The notes under the pieces: model-generated
The model's input: the letters and a program-made list of their open reading frames with translations, nothing else
The model's database searches: none
Told to the model about the DNA's origin: nothing
Part shown: piece after piece, positions 29,719-38,928 of the stretch
How positions within the stretch are numbered: position 1 is the stretch's first letter
Layout of the letters: each line of letters starts with the position of its first letter
Source of the DNA: a virus
Taxonomy: Duplodnaviria > Caudoviricetes
Length of the DNA stretch: 64,000 bases
Direction: 5' to 3' (one strand)
Virus record (IMG/VR): IMGVR_UViG_3300031994_000006
Location: 32,001 to 96,000 of that record
Made by a program: the position numbers and the translations under genes

Positions 29719-30182
29719 AGAAATATCTGGAAAAGCACGGCCTGACCGTGATTGTGAACTCATTGCTTCCGTTCAGCGGATTCAAGTATATGAACCTGTT
29801 CGGCTGGATCTGGACACAGATGGAGAATTTCGTCATGACCGATGACGATGCCAACCATGAGAAGACCCATACACGGCAGGCGAGGGATTTCATCCCCGAG
29901 TTCCTGAGGGATCACCTGCCCGTATGGCTGACGGACTTCTTCGGGTACCTGATTTTCTATATATGGTACGGCATTGAATATGTGATCAAGCTGATCGCGT
30001 CGGTATTCATGAAGTCCCCGAGGGGCGTCAGGAAATGGGTGTACCGGTCGGTGTCGTTCGAGCAGGAGGCCTACTACAACAGCTGGGATCCCAATTACCT
30101 GAAAAACCGCAGGCGGTTCGCATGGACGGCATTCATATTCACGATGTTCAAGGTAAACGACATACCAGAGGTCCGGAATTAG
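29715..30182 (+). CDS. HExxH-containing membrane-associated protein
   Basis: NHEKTHTRQ...FYIWYGIEY...YRSVSFEQEAY. Confidence 0.75.
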   Translation: MKKYLEKHGLTVIVNSLLPFSGFKYMNLFGWIWTQMENFVMTDDDANHEKTHTRQARDFIPEFLRDHLPVWLTDFFGYLIFYIWYGIEYVIKLIASVFMKSPRGVRKWVYRSVSFEQEAYYNSWDPNYLKNRRRFAWTAFIFTMFKVNDIPEVRN

Positions 30183-30196
30183 TTCCGGGCCTTTTT
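30169..30196 (+). terminator. Intrinsic terminator
   Basis: aggtccggaa/ttccgggcct followed by a T tract. Confidence 0.65.
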
Positions 30197-30218
30197 CATT
30201 TCCGCGCGTTTAATGTAT

Positions 30219-31766
30219 ATGGAAGGATTGTATAAGAAAAACAGGACAGACATACAGGAGTATTCGTTCGATGACATACGCGCCGGCAAGGACGGCGCGC
30301 TGCTCATATATGAGTACGTGAGGGGAAGCACCGCGTACGGGCTCGCCGATCCGGACAGCGACGTCGATACCGGAGGCGTCTATATGGAGCCGGTCCGTCA
30401 GCTGTTCAGCATTGATCTGTGCGCAAGGCAGGACGAGGTGCATGACGAGAGGCACGATACGGTCTGGTTCTCACTCGACAAGTTCTTCAGGCTGCTGCTC
30501 AAGGCCAACCCCACGGTTCTCGAGGCATTGTTCATACCGAAGGAACACGTCATATACGAGCATCCTATCATGACCGAGATCAAGGAGCATGCCGGCATGT
30601 TCCTGACCAAGCAGTGCTTCGGCTCGTTCATCAACTACTCGTCCAACCAGATACAGCGGGCCAGGAGCCTCGGCAAGAAGATCGTCAGCAAGTACGACGG
30701 TCCCCGTCCGACCGTGCTCGACATGTGCTGGGTGCCGCAGGACAACGGATCCAAGAAGGTCAAGGTCTGGCTTGAGGAGAACGGCCTGCTGCAGAAGTTC
30801 TGCGGCATGGTCAACATCCCGCATATGAGGGACACCTACGGCCTGTACTATGATTTCGCGTCGCATCTGAGGTATGTGTACGGTATCAGGAACTTCTGGC
30901 AGTTCATGCAGGATTTCAGGAACGTCAAGAAGGCCGAGGCCGCCGGTGAGGGATATCAGGAGCCGGCCCGGTGCCGGCTGTACCTGTTCATCGAAAGGCA
31001 CTTCCTTAACGCGTACGGCCTGCGCATGGTCGACGGGCAGCTCGGGGATATCGACGCCCGGAAGATCTGGGACGAGCATCTCGGCAGGCCCGGCCTGTGC
31101 TATAAGGGCATCGTGCATGAGGAGGAGGACGGGACCGACGGGGGACGCGAGTCGACATGCGTCCGCCTGTCAAGTGTCCCCAAGGGCGAGGAGAAGCTCG
31201 CCGTCATGACGTTCAGCAAGGATCAGTGGATGACCGAGTGCCGCGAGTGGCGCGAGTATCAGGAATTCAAGGCCAACCGCAATGAGAAGCGGTTCAACCT
31301 GGCCAAGGCCGACGAGTTCGACCGCAAGAACGTCATGCACTGCATGCGCCTGCTGCACATGGGGCTCGAGATAGCCCGCGGCGAGGGATTCCACGTCGAC
31401 CGCAGGGGACGCGACGCCGAGCAGCTCAGGGCTATCCGGCGGGGCGAGGCGACGTATGACGAGATCATGCGGGAGATACAGTCGAACCGTGACGAGATGA
31501 TGCTCATCATGCAGGAGTCGAAACTGCCGGATCAGTTCGACTACGAGGCCGTTCAGGAATTCCTGAGGGAAATCCGCAAGAAGCAGATGATGAAATGGAT
31601 CGGCGTTGAATCAGGCGCCGGCAACGGCAGTGCCGACGACCTGGAGATGGCATGGTCGCGGGGTGTCGAGCAGCTTCGTGAGATTGTCGACCGTCATGTC
31701 AGTGACGATATATACCAGGCCATACGCAGGGATTTCGCAAACGAGACCGGAAAGGACATACTCTGA
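30219..31766 (+). CDS. Pol-beta-superfamily nucleotidyltransferase (YcgL/RlaP-like)
   Basis: RGSTAYGLADPDSDVDTGGVY, KFFRLLLKANPTVLEALF, FDRKNVMHCMRLL and LRAIRRGE. Confidence 0.85.
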   Translation: MEGLYKKNRTDIQEYSFDDIRAGKDGALLIYEYVRGSTAYGLADPDSDVDTGGVYMEPVRQLFSIDLCARQDEVHDERHDTVWFSLDKFFRLLLKANPTVLEALFIPKEHVIYEHPIMTEIKEHAGMFLTKQCFGSFINYSSNQIQRARSLGKKIVSKYDGPRPTVLDMCWVPQDNGSKKVKVWLEENGLLQKFCGMVNIPHMRDTYGLYYDFASHLRYVYGIRNFWQFMQDFRNVKKAEAAGEGYQEPARCRLYLFIERHFLNAYGLRMVDGQLGDIDARKIWDEHLGRPGLCYKGIVHEEEDGTDGGRESTCVRLSSVPKGEEKLAVMTFSKDQWMTECREWREYQEFKANRNEKRFNLAKADEFDRKNVMHCMRLLHMGLEIARGEGFHVDRRGRDAEQLRAIRRGEATYDEIMREIQSNRDEMMLIMQESKLPDQFDYEAVQEFLREIRKKQMMKWIGVESGAGNGSADDLEMAWSRGVEQLREIVDRHVSDDIYQAIRRDFANETGKDIL

Positions 31767-31938
31767 TGCTGAGGGATTTTCTGTACCGGCTTCTGTGCCG
31801 GCATGTATACATATTCGACCGTAACGTATATGGCGACGAGATCAACCGGACCGGGTACAGGTCATGGTGGAGATGCTGCAAGTGCGGCGCATATAAAGGA
31901 AGTGAGAGGCTTTATCAGCCAGATAAAGAGGACTGAAT

Positions 31939-32274
31939 ATGAAAGGACTGTTGATAACGCTCCCGGCATCCGTGAAATGGGAGGATTATGAGAAAGAGCT
32001 CAGGGCCGTCGAGGACGGGACACAGGTGATGAACTTCAAGGTTCCGTTTCTGCCGAAGGATACCGGAGGCGTCGAGCGTGTGTATCTGGTGCACCGGGGC
32101 AATATCGTCGGCTGGATGAAGTTCTCCGGCGTCTGTTCGAAGGAATTCACGTGCACGACGACCGGGCGTCCCTGGAAGGGCAATTTCATTCAGAGGACCG
32201 GCCCGTTCCACTATATTAATCCGGTTCCCTGCAGGGGATTCCAGGGATTCAGGTACTACGAGTATGACGAATAA
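31939..32274 (+). CDS. Hypothetical protein
   Basis: 111-aa ORF ending RGFQGFRY. Confidence 0.7.
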   Translation: MKGLLITLPASVKWEDYEKELRAVEDGTQVMNFKVPFLPKDTGGVERVYLVHRGNIVGWMKFSGVCSKEFTCTTTGRPWKGNFIQRTGPFHYINPVPCRGFQGFRYYEYDE

Positions 32275-32361
32275 GATCTGAAGAATACCGTGAAAAGCAA
32301 AAACGCGCGTGATCCGTCCGGATTACGCGCGTTTAATTTCTGTATTCAAAGTTAAAGGCTT

Positions 32362-32535
32362 ATGAGACATATCAAGAGACCCGCGTATTGGTTTACGACC
32401 AATTTCGTGATGACGAATCTGCTTATCAGGCTCGTCAATCAGACCGCGTTACGGGACGCGGATTCATATGCGGAGCTTCCGGCCGAGGTCCGTGAGCTCA
32501 TGACGGAGACACAGTATAATATGATGACAGAATAG
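32362..32535 (+). CDS. Small hypothetical protein (57 aa, not in ORF track)
   Basis: MRHIKRPAYW..., downstream of a hairpin and GCGTTTAAT. Confidence 0.5.
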   Translation: MRHIKRPAYWFTTNFVMTNLLIRLVNQTALRDADSYAELPAEVRELMTETQYNMMTE

Positions 32536-32538
32536 CTT

Positions 32539-32811
32539 ATGGTATATCAGATTACAATCAAGGACGTCCAGAAGGCCCTGCAGACATGCCAGAAGAACGG
32601 CGTGGCGGTAGTGGTATGCTCAAATTCGCCGAGGATGTCATTTGCGGTATCGTTCCATATCAAGGATGACGGGACCGTCTGGTTCAGTCCGTCATATCAG
32701 GTCGGTAACCTGAACCGGTGCCTGCCGGAGAACTATAACCTGCTTACCGCGATCTACGAGTTCAACAGTGATATGCGGAAATATGACAATGAGCATTTCG
32801 ATTTCACATAA
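32539..32811 (+). CDS. Hypothetical protein
   Basis: Tightly coupled plus-strand ORF. Confidence 0.6.
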   Translation: MVYQITIKDVQKALQTCQKNGVAVVVCSNSPRMSFAVSFHIKDDGTVWFSPSYQVGNLNRCLPENYNLLTAIYEFNSDMRKYDNEHFDFT

Positions 32812-33062
32812 TGAATAAGAATCGCTATAAGAAGAAAAGGACTCTGCGACAGCATTATTTCAGATCCCTTGAGAAACTGGTCGACTTTGTCAATCATTAT
32901 CATAGGGTCCGTCCTGATTTCGAGGTCCAGTCCGTTACGACGGATGTTGAGGAATGCCGGATGTTTATGTCGGAGTCCAGGAGCATCAGGAACATTTATA
33001 ACCTGCTTTATTATTCAGATGACTATTTAAAGAAAGATTATGATAAACCTACAGAATCTTAA
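32811..33062 (+). CDS. Hypothetical protein starting MNKNRY
   Basis: TAATG coupling to the upstream gene. Confidence 0.6.
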   Translation: MNKNRYKKKRTLRQHYFRSLEKLVDFVNHYHRVRPDFEVQSVTTDVEECRMFMSESRSIRNIYNLLYYSDDYLKKDYDKPTES

Positions 33063-34377
33063 GATTTCAGATCAGGATGCGAAGTCCCTGAAGGAGCGTT
33101 TCCTCAGGGACACCGGCATCAAGGGCGATCTCATAAGGGAGCCCTATTTCACCGCGAGGATGCTGTACCTGGAGGAGTACTGCGGCGCCTGGACACAGTG
33201 GAAGGCCCTGCTCGACGAGATCTCCGGCAAGTACGGGGGCAATGTATCCGAGTTCCTGGAGTCGTATTATAACGCGAGGAACGATATGCTTCTGTCAATA
33301 TGTCCGTCGGCCGTCGAGAAGGGCGCGAACAAACGCAAGGCGCCCGAGCATCTGCTTGAGATTTACCGACAGGGCGGATTTCCGTACGCGCTGTTCAACG
33401 GAGATATGGACAAGCTGACGTCGGATGCCGCGCAGAGGATGTACGAGAAGATGCAGTCGAATATGTCCCATTACTTCATCGGTTCGTACGGCAAGACCTC
33501 GGAGGCCCTGATTATAGGACTGTCAGCGCAGAAGGCGGGCGACGGTAAGAACGTCTATACGCCGGACAATGACGGATGTCTGTTCGTGGAGGCCGATCTC
33601 AGGATGGCCAACTTCCAGGCGATGCGCTATTTCGACGGCAGGATATTCGGCCAGGACGTATACGCGCAGGACGGGCCGCTTGACATTGAACAGGAATACC
33701 GTAAATGGGCGTCCACGTTTACGGACTCTGAATACGTCCTCGGTTCGAAGTATGTCCGTCAGGTCGTATTCGGCTCGCTCAATCCCAAGAGGGAGATCTC
33801 AATCGAGCAGGCGCTCGCGGCCGCCGGCGCATGCGAGCTTTCCGGCTGGTTCGACGTATCCGGCATAGAGCACAGGTGCGTGGCCGTCAACAGCGACGCG
33901 GTCATATTCAGGATAGATTCGGATGAGGACCGGTCGAAGCTGGTCAGCATATGCGACCGTGCCGCGATGCTGCTCCGCCGTCAGGGTGTGTCACCCGGGG
34001 ACTATATGAACGGAACGGACGGAGGATCGTGCTTCCTGGAGGACGTCGGCATCCATATGAGGATCCGTCCGTTCTGGCTGCGCCGCGGCGTGGTCACCGA
34101 CGGGACGAATGAGTTCGACTTCTATATGAAGGAGTACCTGGACAAGGGCCTCGCGCCGAAGTTCATCCAGCTTGACAGCGCCAATGTGCCGCAGGTGCTG
34201 GCGTTGACCGATCCGGAACTGTGGAAGCGCGCGACCGCGCTCGCCGAGAAGGACGCCTGGTACGTCGGCAACCTCAATGCGGTCAGGGACGTACTGGAGA
34301 ACGGCGAGATTTCCAAGTATTTCATGCACAACGGCAGGCTGTGCAGCTTCGTATGGCCGCTCGTCTGGAAACGCTGA
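33040..34377 (+). CDS. Hypothetical protein, possible polymerase-palm-like motifs
   Basis: 445-aa ORF with FVEADLRMANFQ, SKYVRQVVFG and AVNSDAVIF. Confidence 0.75.
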   Translation: MINLQNLKISDQDAKSLKERFLRDTGIKGDLIREPYFTARMLYLEEYCGAWTQWKALLDEISGKYGGNVSEFLESYYNARNDMLLSICPSAVEKGANKRKAPEHLLEIYRQGGFPYALFNGDMDKLTSDAAQRMYEKMQSNMSHYFIGSYGKTSEALIIGLSAQKAGDGKNVYTPDNDGCLFVEADLRMANFQAMRYFDGRIFGQDVYAQDGPLDIEQEYRKWASTFTDSEYVLGSKYVRQVVFGSLNPKREISIEQALAAAGACELSGWFDVSGIEHRCVAVNSDAVIFRIDSDEDRSKLVSICDRAAMLLRRQGVSPGDYMNGTDGGSCFLEDVGIHMRIRPFWLRRGVVTDGTNEFDFYMKEYLDKGLAPKFIQLDSANVPQVLALTDPELWKRATALAEKDAWYVGNLNAVRDVLENGEISKYFMHNGRLCSFVWPLVWKR

Positions 34378-34530
34378 TAAAAGCTGACAGATGTCCGGAT
34401 ATCGTGACTATATGATATCCGGGCGTTTAATACAGGAACGCAGGATTGCATACGGAGCCGTTCGGAGCCCCGTGTCACATCCTGACGGTTCGGCATTATA
34501 AAGTTATTAATATCATAGAACAAAGCGATT

Positions 34531-34989
34531 ATGGAGACAAACAACACTGAGAATCCGGTCATCGACGCACAGACTGAGACCGTGCAGAACCCTATGGACT
34601 CGAGCGTGGCGAAGGTTCTCTATCCCAAGGAGAGCAAGATCCGCAAATGGCTCGGGATCGACAGCAAACAGGTCAATGACGTACTTATTCCGGCGAATGA
34701 GTCGTATCTGCGCACGCTCTATACGGGCAATGCCGAGAGCGATGCCGTACGCCTGAAGAACTTCATGCTTGAGGTGACGCACCTCATGGAATACAAGCGC
34801 TCGCATCAGTCGTATATCTGCTGTATCCGGGTGCCTGACGACCTCCTTCTCTATCTGCATGACATCGTAGAGAAGTACCGCTCGCTCGGATATTTCGTGG
34901 AGAACCTGCGCAATCACATCGACGGCGTCGACCGCGACTATCTGTTCATCTCATGGGACAAGTTCGACATTAGCAGTCCCGTACAGTGA
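34531..34989 (+). CDS. Hypothetical protein
   Basis: 152-aa ORF ending YLFISWD. Confidence 0.75.
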   Translation: METNNTENPVIDAQTETVQNPMDSSVAKVLYPKESKIRKWLGIDSKQVNDVLIPANESYLRTLYTGNAESDAVRLKNFMLEVTHLMEYKRSHQSYICCIRVPDDLLLYLHDIVEKYRSLGYFVENLRNHIDGVDRDYLFISWDKFDISSPVQ

Positions 34990-35348
34990 ACAAGAACCGC
35001 TATAAGAAGGAAAAGCCCCCGAAGCTTTCCGATCCGTACGGGTTGAGCCTCGTGCTCGATCCGACGGATTTCTATGTAAAGAAGGACTTCGGATCCAGTC
35101 CGACGGTATTCAAGATGCTTAATACGGATACCGCCGTGTCCAATTTCGCGGATTTCCTGGCGTTTTATGACGGCGGCAGTGTAAACAAGGTCTGCATGGA
35201 TATATCAAGGATTGAGATGGCCCCGCCGGCGCTGGTGAAGAAGTGTATAGAACAGGTATTACAGTCAATAGAGAAGAAATGGAAAAAACAGGATCAGTAT
35301 TCAGAAGACCTCCGCAGAGTCATCGGGACAATGTTGAGACGCTTATGA
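34986..35348 (+). CDS. Hypothetical protein starting MNKNRY
   Basis: GTGA overlap with the upstream gene. Confidence 0.65.
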   Translation: MNKNRYKKEKPPKLSDPYGLSLVLDPTDFYVKKDFGSSPTVFKMLNTDTAVSNFADFLAFYDGGSVNKVCMDISRIEMAPPALVKKCIEQVLQSIEKKWKKQDQYSEDLRRVIGTMLRRL

Positions 35349-35644
35349 GGAACACCTCATGGACCGAGGCGGAATGTGAGAAATTCATAACGATGGTCAC
35401 CGGGTACCTTGACTCATGCGGGTACTTCATGGGCGACTTCAATATACACAGGCTGCCGGTTCCGGAAGACTGGCGTCCGTACAGTCAGGAAGGCATCTGC
35501 AGATGGGTGCTCGATATGGCGCTTCAGCTGAACATGGAGTGCGGGTTTGAGTATGACGTCAGACTGAAGGGTGACCGGCGAGATCCAGCATACAGATCTT
35601 ATGCACAAGAAGAAGATACTGAGGCTCAGCAGGGATCCGTCTGA
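35345..35644 (+). CDS. Hypothetical protein
   Basis: ATGA overlap; start MRNTSW. Confidence 0.55.
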   Translation: MRNTSWTEAECEKFITMVTGYLDSCGYFMGDFNIHRLPVPEDWRPYSQEGICRWVLDMALQLNMECGFEYDVRLKGDRRDPAYRSYAQEEDTEAQQGSV

Positions 35645-35906
35645 ATGGGTATACTATAAGGAGCCGAACGGATACAGCTGGTCTCCGGAGCCGGGCTGGT
35701 GGAGGATCACAGGCTCGTACAGGGACGTAAGCTACGGAATGGGTAACGGCACATTCCTGATACTGACAAGGCCTGACTGGGCCAGTATGCTTCATGTCAG
35801 GGTCGAACACTGCAGACCGGCGAACACGGTCAAGGACTTCAGGGAACTGGAGGAGACCATCAGCCGGCTCGAGCGTTATATCAATGACGATTACAGGAAG
35901 ACATGA
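35571..35906 (+). CDS. Hypothetical protein (start uncertain)
   Basis: Plus-strand ORF ending in an ATGA overlap. Confidence 0.55.
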   Translation: MTGEIQHTDLMHKKKILRLSRDPSEWVYYKEPNGYSWSPEPGWWRITGSYRDVSYGMGNGTFLILTRPDWASMLHVRVEHCRPANTVKDFRELEETISRLERYINDDYRKT

Positions 35907-36259
35907 ACAAGAACAGATATGTACTGAAGGAGGAACGGGAGAAACCCTGCTATACCAAGATAGGGGGTATCAATGCATGCTCGGCCATTAATAGCGATAT
36001 GGATCTTGACTGTTTCATGCCGATCGGTCCCGGCAGGTACTGTCTGTATAAGCTGGATTACGGCGATTACTGGATAGTCGGCAGGATTCCGGAATTCAGC
36101 AACCTGCCTTATACACCCGGTATGTGCATCGAGATACCTGTAGAGTCGAGCAGCGGATATCTGCTGATGCTGAAGCCCTGTAATATCAGGGGAATCCTGA
36201 CGGACATGGGACTTGAGCGTATCCGCAGATATACGGATACCAGAATATACAGAAAATGA
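35903..36259 (+). CDS. Hypothetical protein starting MNKNRY
   Basis: ATGA overlap. Confidence 0.65.
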   Translation: MNKNRYVLKEEREKPCYTKIGGINACSAINSDMDLDCFMPIGPGRYCLYKLDYGDYWIVGRIPEFSNLPYTPGMCIEIPVESSSGYLLMLKPCNIRGILTDMGLERIRRYTDTRIYRK

Positions 36260-36582
36260 ACAAAGAGAGATACAGCGGAAAGGCCGGCAGGCCCGCATGG
36301 TATAAGGAACCGGTTGACTGTGAGGACATGTATACGTTCCTCAAGGAAAACGGCCTGTCCAAGGTACGGCCGCTTATACCCGGTGGCGGATGTATGTTCA
36401 GGACGACAGGCCCGGCGTCATATGGCAGGGACAAGTATATATACGGCATATTCACGGGTACGGTCATAAAACCGGGCGAATACGCGGTCCAGGGACCGGA
36501 CGGCCATCTGCAGTCTGTATTATACTATAATATCACAGGCGTTCCGTATGAGAAACCGCCGGAACTGCCGAGACCTTATTAA
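36256..36582 (+). CDS. Hypothetical protein starting MNKERY
   Basis: ATGA overlap. Confidence 0.65.
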   Translation: MNKERYSGKAGRPAWYKEPVDCEDMYTFLKENGLSKVRPLIPGGGCMFRTTGPASYGRDKYIYGIFTGTVIKPGEYAVQGPDGHLQSVLYYNITGVPYEKPPELPRPY

Positions 36583-36613
36583 ATATAGTGTTTAATCTTT
36601 AAAACTTATCTGA

Positions 36614-37645
36614 ATGGAACTCGAGAACGACGTTTGGCTGGACGATGAGACTATTGAGGAGAGCAGCGACAAGGAACATATGTCGAAGTTCACACAGTAT
36701 ATCATCGACGGCGATAATTACGTGCCTGTCCAGAAATGCGGCAAGACGCTTCCGAGCGGCTATTACAGGATAGGCTTTAACGACAATACGCAGCAGGTGT
36801 TCTTCATCAGGCAGAAGATCATCATGCCCAAGCTGTACACCCTGCCCAACTCGCTGCACCGCGACATCATGCGCGACATACAGCATTTCTGGGAGTCGAA
36901 GGACCGCTACAAGGCCTTCGGTAATGTTTATAAGCGCAATATTCTGATATATTCTGTACCTGGTACGGGTAAGACAAGCCTTATCAATCTTATTGTCAGG
37001 GATCTCCTGAAGAAAAGGAAGGGCATCGTCATACAGATCAACAAGGCGAACGACCTCGTGCTATATCCGCTGGCCATGAAGTACTTCAGGCAGGTGGAGG
37101 GCGACAGGCCCGTCATACTCGTCATGGAGGACTTCGACACGCTCCTCCTCGACGACACCTACAAGAGCGCGATGCTCAACCTCCTCGACGGAAACGACCA
37201 GTTCGACAACGTGGTGACCATCGCCACGACCAACCATCCCGAGAAGATAAACGACCAGTTCAGCAACAGGCCGAGCCGGTTCAACCTCATCATCGAGTAC
37301 GGCAAGCCGAGCGCCAAGGTCCGCAAGTTCTATATCGAGACCAAGCTCAAGGAGGCCGGCATTGATATCAGGAAAATCAAGGACGACATCACCAGGTACG
37401 TCTCCAGGTCGTCCGGCTATACGATGGATCACCTCAAGGAGCTCATCCAGGGCATATTCGTCGACGAGCTGCCTGAGGAGGACGTGTTTGGCCGCATCGA
37501 CGCGATGATCGAGAAACGCGGCCTGTACAAGGCGAACGACGACTATATCGGTGCCGGCGGGGGCGACGACGAGGACTGGGACGATGAGGTCGACGGGGCC
37601 CTGCCGCCGCTTCCGACGCCGAAGCGTAAGATCGGATTCGTATAA
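36614..37645 (+). CDS. AAA+ ATPase
   Basis: YSVPGTGKTS (Walker A), VMEDFD (Walker B), ATTNHPE and NRPSRF (Arg finger). Confidence 0.9.
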   Translation: MELENDVWLDDETIEESSDKEHMSKFTQYIIDGDNYVPVQKCGKTLPSGYYRIGFNDNTQQVFFIRQKIIMPKLYTLPNSLHRDIMRDIQHFWESKDRYKAFGNVYKRNILIYSVPGTGKTSLINLIVRDLLKKRKGIVIQINKANDLVLYPLAMKYFRQVEGDRPVILVMEDFDTLLLDDTYKSAMLNLLDGNDQFDNVVTIATTNHPEKINDQFSNRPSRFNLIIEYGKPSAKVRKFYIETKLKEAGIDIRKIKDDITRYVSRSSGYTMDHLKELIQGIFVDELPEEDVFGRIDAMIEKRGLYKANDDYIGAGGGDDEDWDDEVDGALPPLPTPKRKIGFV

Positions 37646-37648
37646 ATA
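37641..37648 (+). promoter_or_regulatory. T4 late promoter consensus TATAAATA
   Basis: Exact match 4 nt before the ATG of a tagged gene. Confidence 0.6.
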
Positions 37649-37652
37649 CGGT

Positions 37653-38096
37653 ATGAGACTCGACAGGATTTATACCCAGATAACCGAGGCGTTCAAGGCG
37701 GGCAACAGGGCACGCAAGAAGGAAGCTGTCCAGGATGCGGCCGTCATGCCGGACAGTCCCGTGGACGAGGATCTCCGGGATCTCGTCAACGATTTTATGT
37801 TCAGGACAAGCGTGGAGGCCTGCATAGAGACCAACGGCTGCGACAAGTCCAAGCTGACAATCAGCGGCGACAATTCACAGATCATCGTCCGGTTTATGCT
37901 CCCTGGCGAGAACAAGAAATGTTTTATCCTGATATATCCGGCCGAAAAACATGTCATACTGCACGGCGGCAAGGTGCAGGGAATCAAAAAGATTGATTTT
38001 GACAATGACGGCGATTTTACCCCCAAGGTGAACCTGATGGTCAACATGATGCACTACGTCGAAATGCTTATCGGAACATACAAAGAAGAAGTGTAA
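37653..38096 (+). CDS. Single-module tagged protein C
   Basis: MRLDRIYTQITE|AFKAGNRARKKEAVQD; tag at 37686. Confidence 0.85.
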   Translation: MRLDRIYTQITEAFKAGNRARKKEAVQDAAVMPDSPVDEDLRDLVNDFMFRTSVEACIETNGCDKSKLTISGDNSQIIVRFMLPGENKKCFILIYPAEKHVILHGGKVQGIKKIDFDNDGDFTPKVNLMVNMMHYVEMLIGTYKEEV

Positions 38097-38130
38097 AACG
38101 TACACTTAAAGTTGATATATGTCAAATAAT

Positions 38131-38170
38131 AAGGCCTGATTCAGTTTCTGCGGCTCTGAATCAGGCCTTT
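38131..38170. terminator. Stem-loop or terminator
   Basis: aaggcctgattcag...ctgaatcaggcctt, 14-bp stem. Confidence 0.65.
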
Positions 38171-38478
38171 AAAGCGCCCTGAAACGTTAAATATCCAGAA
38201 CGGCGACTGAACGGCCGGTTCTTTACGGGGCCGGACGATAGCCGAGAAAAGAAAAGAGAAAGAAGAGTATGAGAGTTATCAGGAAAATGCTGGGTTCGCT
38301 CGGCCGCGGCTGGAAAGAGGCCGCAAAGCTGATGGCTCCGCCCGCGATAGCCGGGATGTAAGCCATGACTGTTTTGATTGTTATTACGATAGCGGCGTTC
38401 GCCGCATCGGTGTGGACGCTTACGGGGATTCGTATAAAAGAACCCCGTGGGCATAAATAAAAAAGAAAGGAAAAGAGT

Positions 38479-38868
38479 ATGAAGAGAATTATCATGACGG
38501 CCCTGATGGCCGTTGCGTTCATGTCCGCGATGGCGGATACCGAGAAAGAGATGTCAAGGGAGGAGCTTGCGTCCGCCTATGACATGAGCGTCAGCTACAG
38601 GAGCCTTGACAGGGCGCTTGAGCTGACACAGGATCAGGCCGAATATATGCACATGGCATACGACCTTTTCCGGAAGCAGATGGAATGCGCCGGAATGTGC
38701 TCCGGCAAGGCGTCGCGTGATGCGATGACCTCCAACGCGATCAGGTCGCATGTCGGCATCATCAGGCCGGTCCTTGATCAGAGGCAGTACCGCAAGTACC
38801 TGACACTGCTCAATACGACGCTCCGTAACAGGAATATCGACGCGGCCGGAAACAATGACAGGAAATAG
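38479..38868 (+). CDS. Secreted helical protein, Bacteroidota host-like
   Basis: Sec signal MKRIIMTALMAVAFMSAMA; LELTQDQ; QYRKYLTLLNTTLRNR. Confidence 0.75.
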   Translation: MKRIIMTALMAVAFMSAMADTEKEMSREELASAYDMSVSYRSLDRALELTQDQAEYMHMAYDLFRKQMECAGMCSGKASRDAMTSNAIRSHVGIIRPVLDQRQYRKYLTLLNTTLRNRNIDAAGNNDRK

Positions 38869-38894
38869 CCTGGCGGCAGTCGCCGTTCAAACAG

Positions 38895-38923
38895 GAAAGG
38901 GACTCATTCGAGTCCCTTTCTTT
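38895..38923. terminator. Bidirectional terminator
   Basis: gaaagggactc-attc-gagtccctttc between convergent genes. Confidence 0.75.
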
Positions 38924-38928
38924 ATTCA

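Noticed and set aside
37551-37652. Upstream start for the tagged gene at 37551
   Set aside because: It overlaps the AAA gene; ATG 37653 follows TATAAATA and gives a leader like the other tagged genes.
38452-38459. CATAAATA as a late promoter
   Set aside because: It coincides with the last codons and stop of a small ORF and has a different first base; ambiguous.
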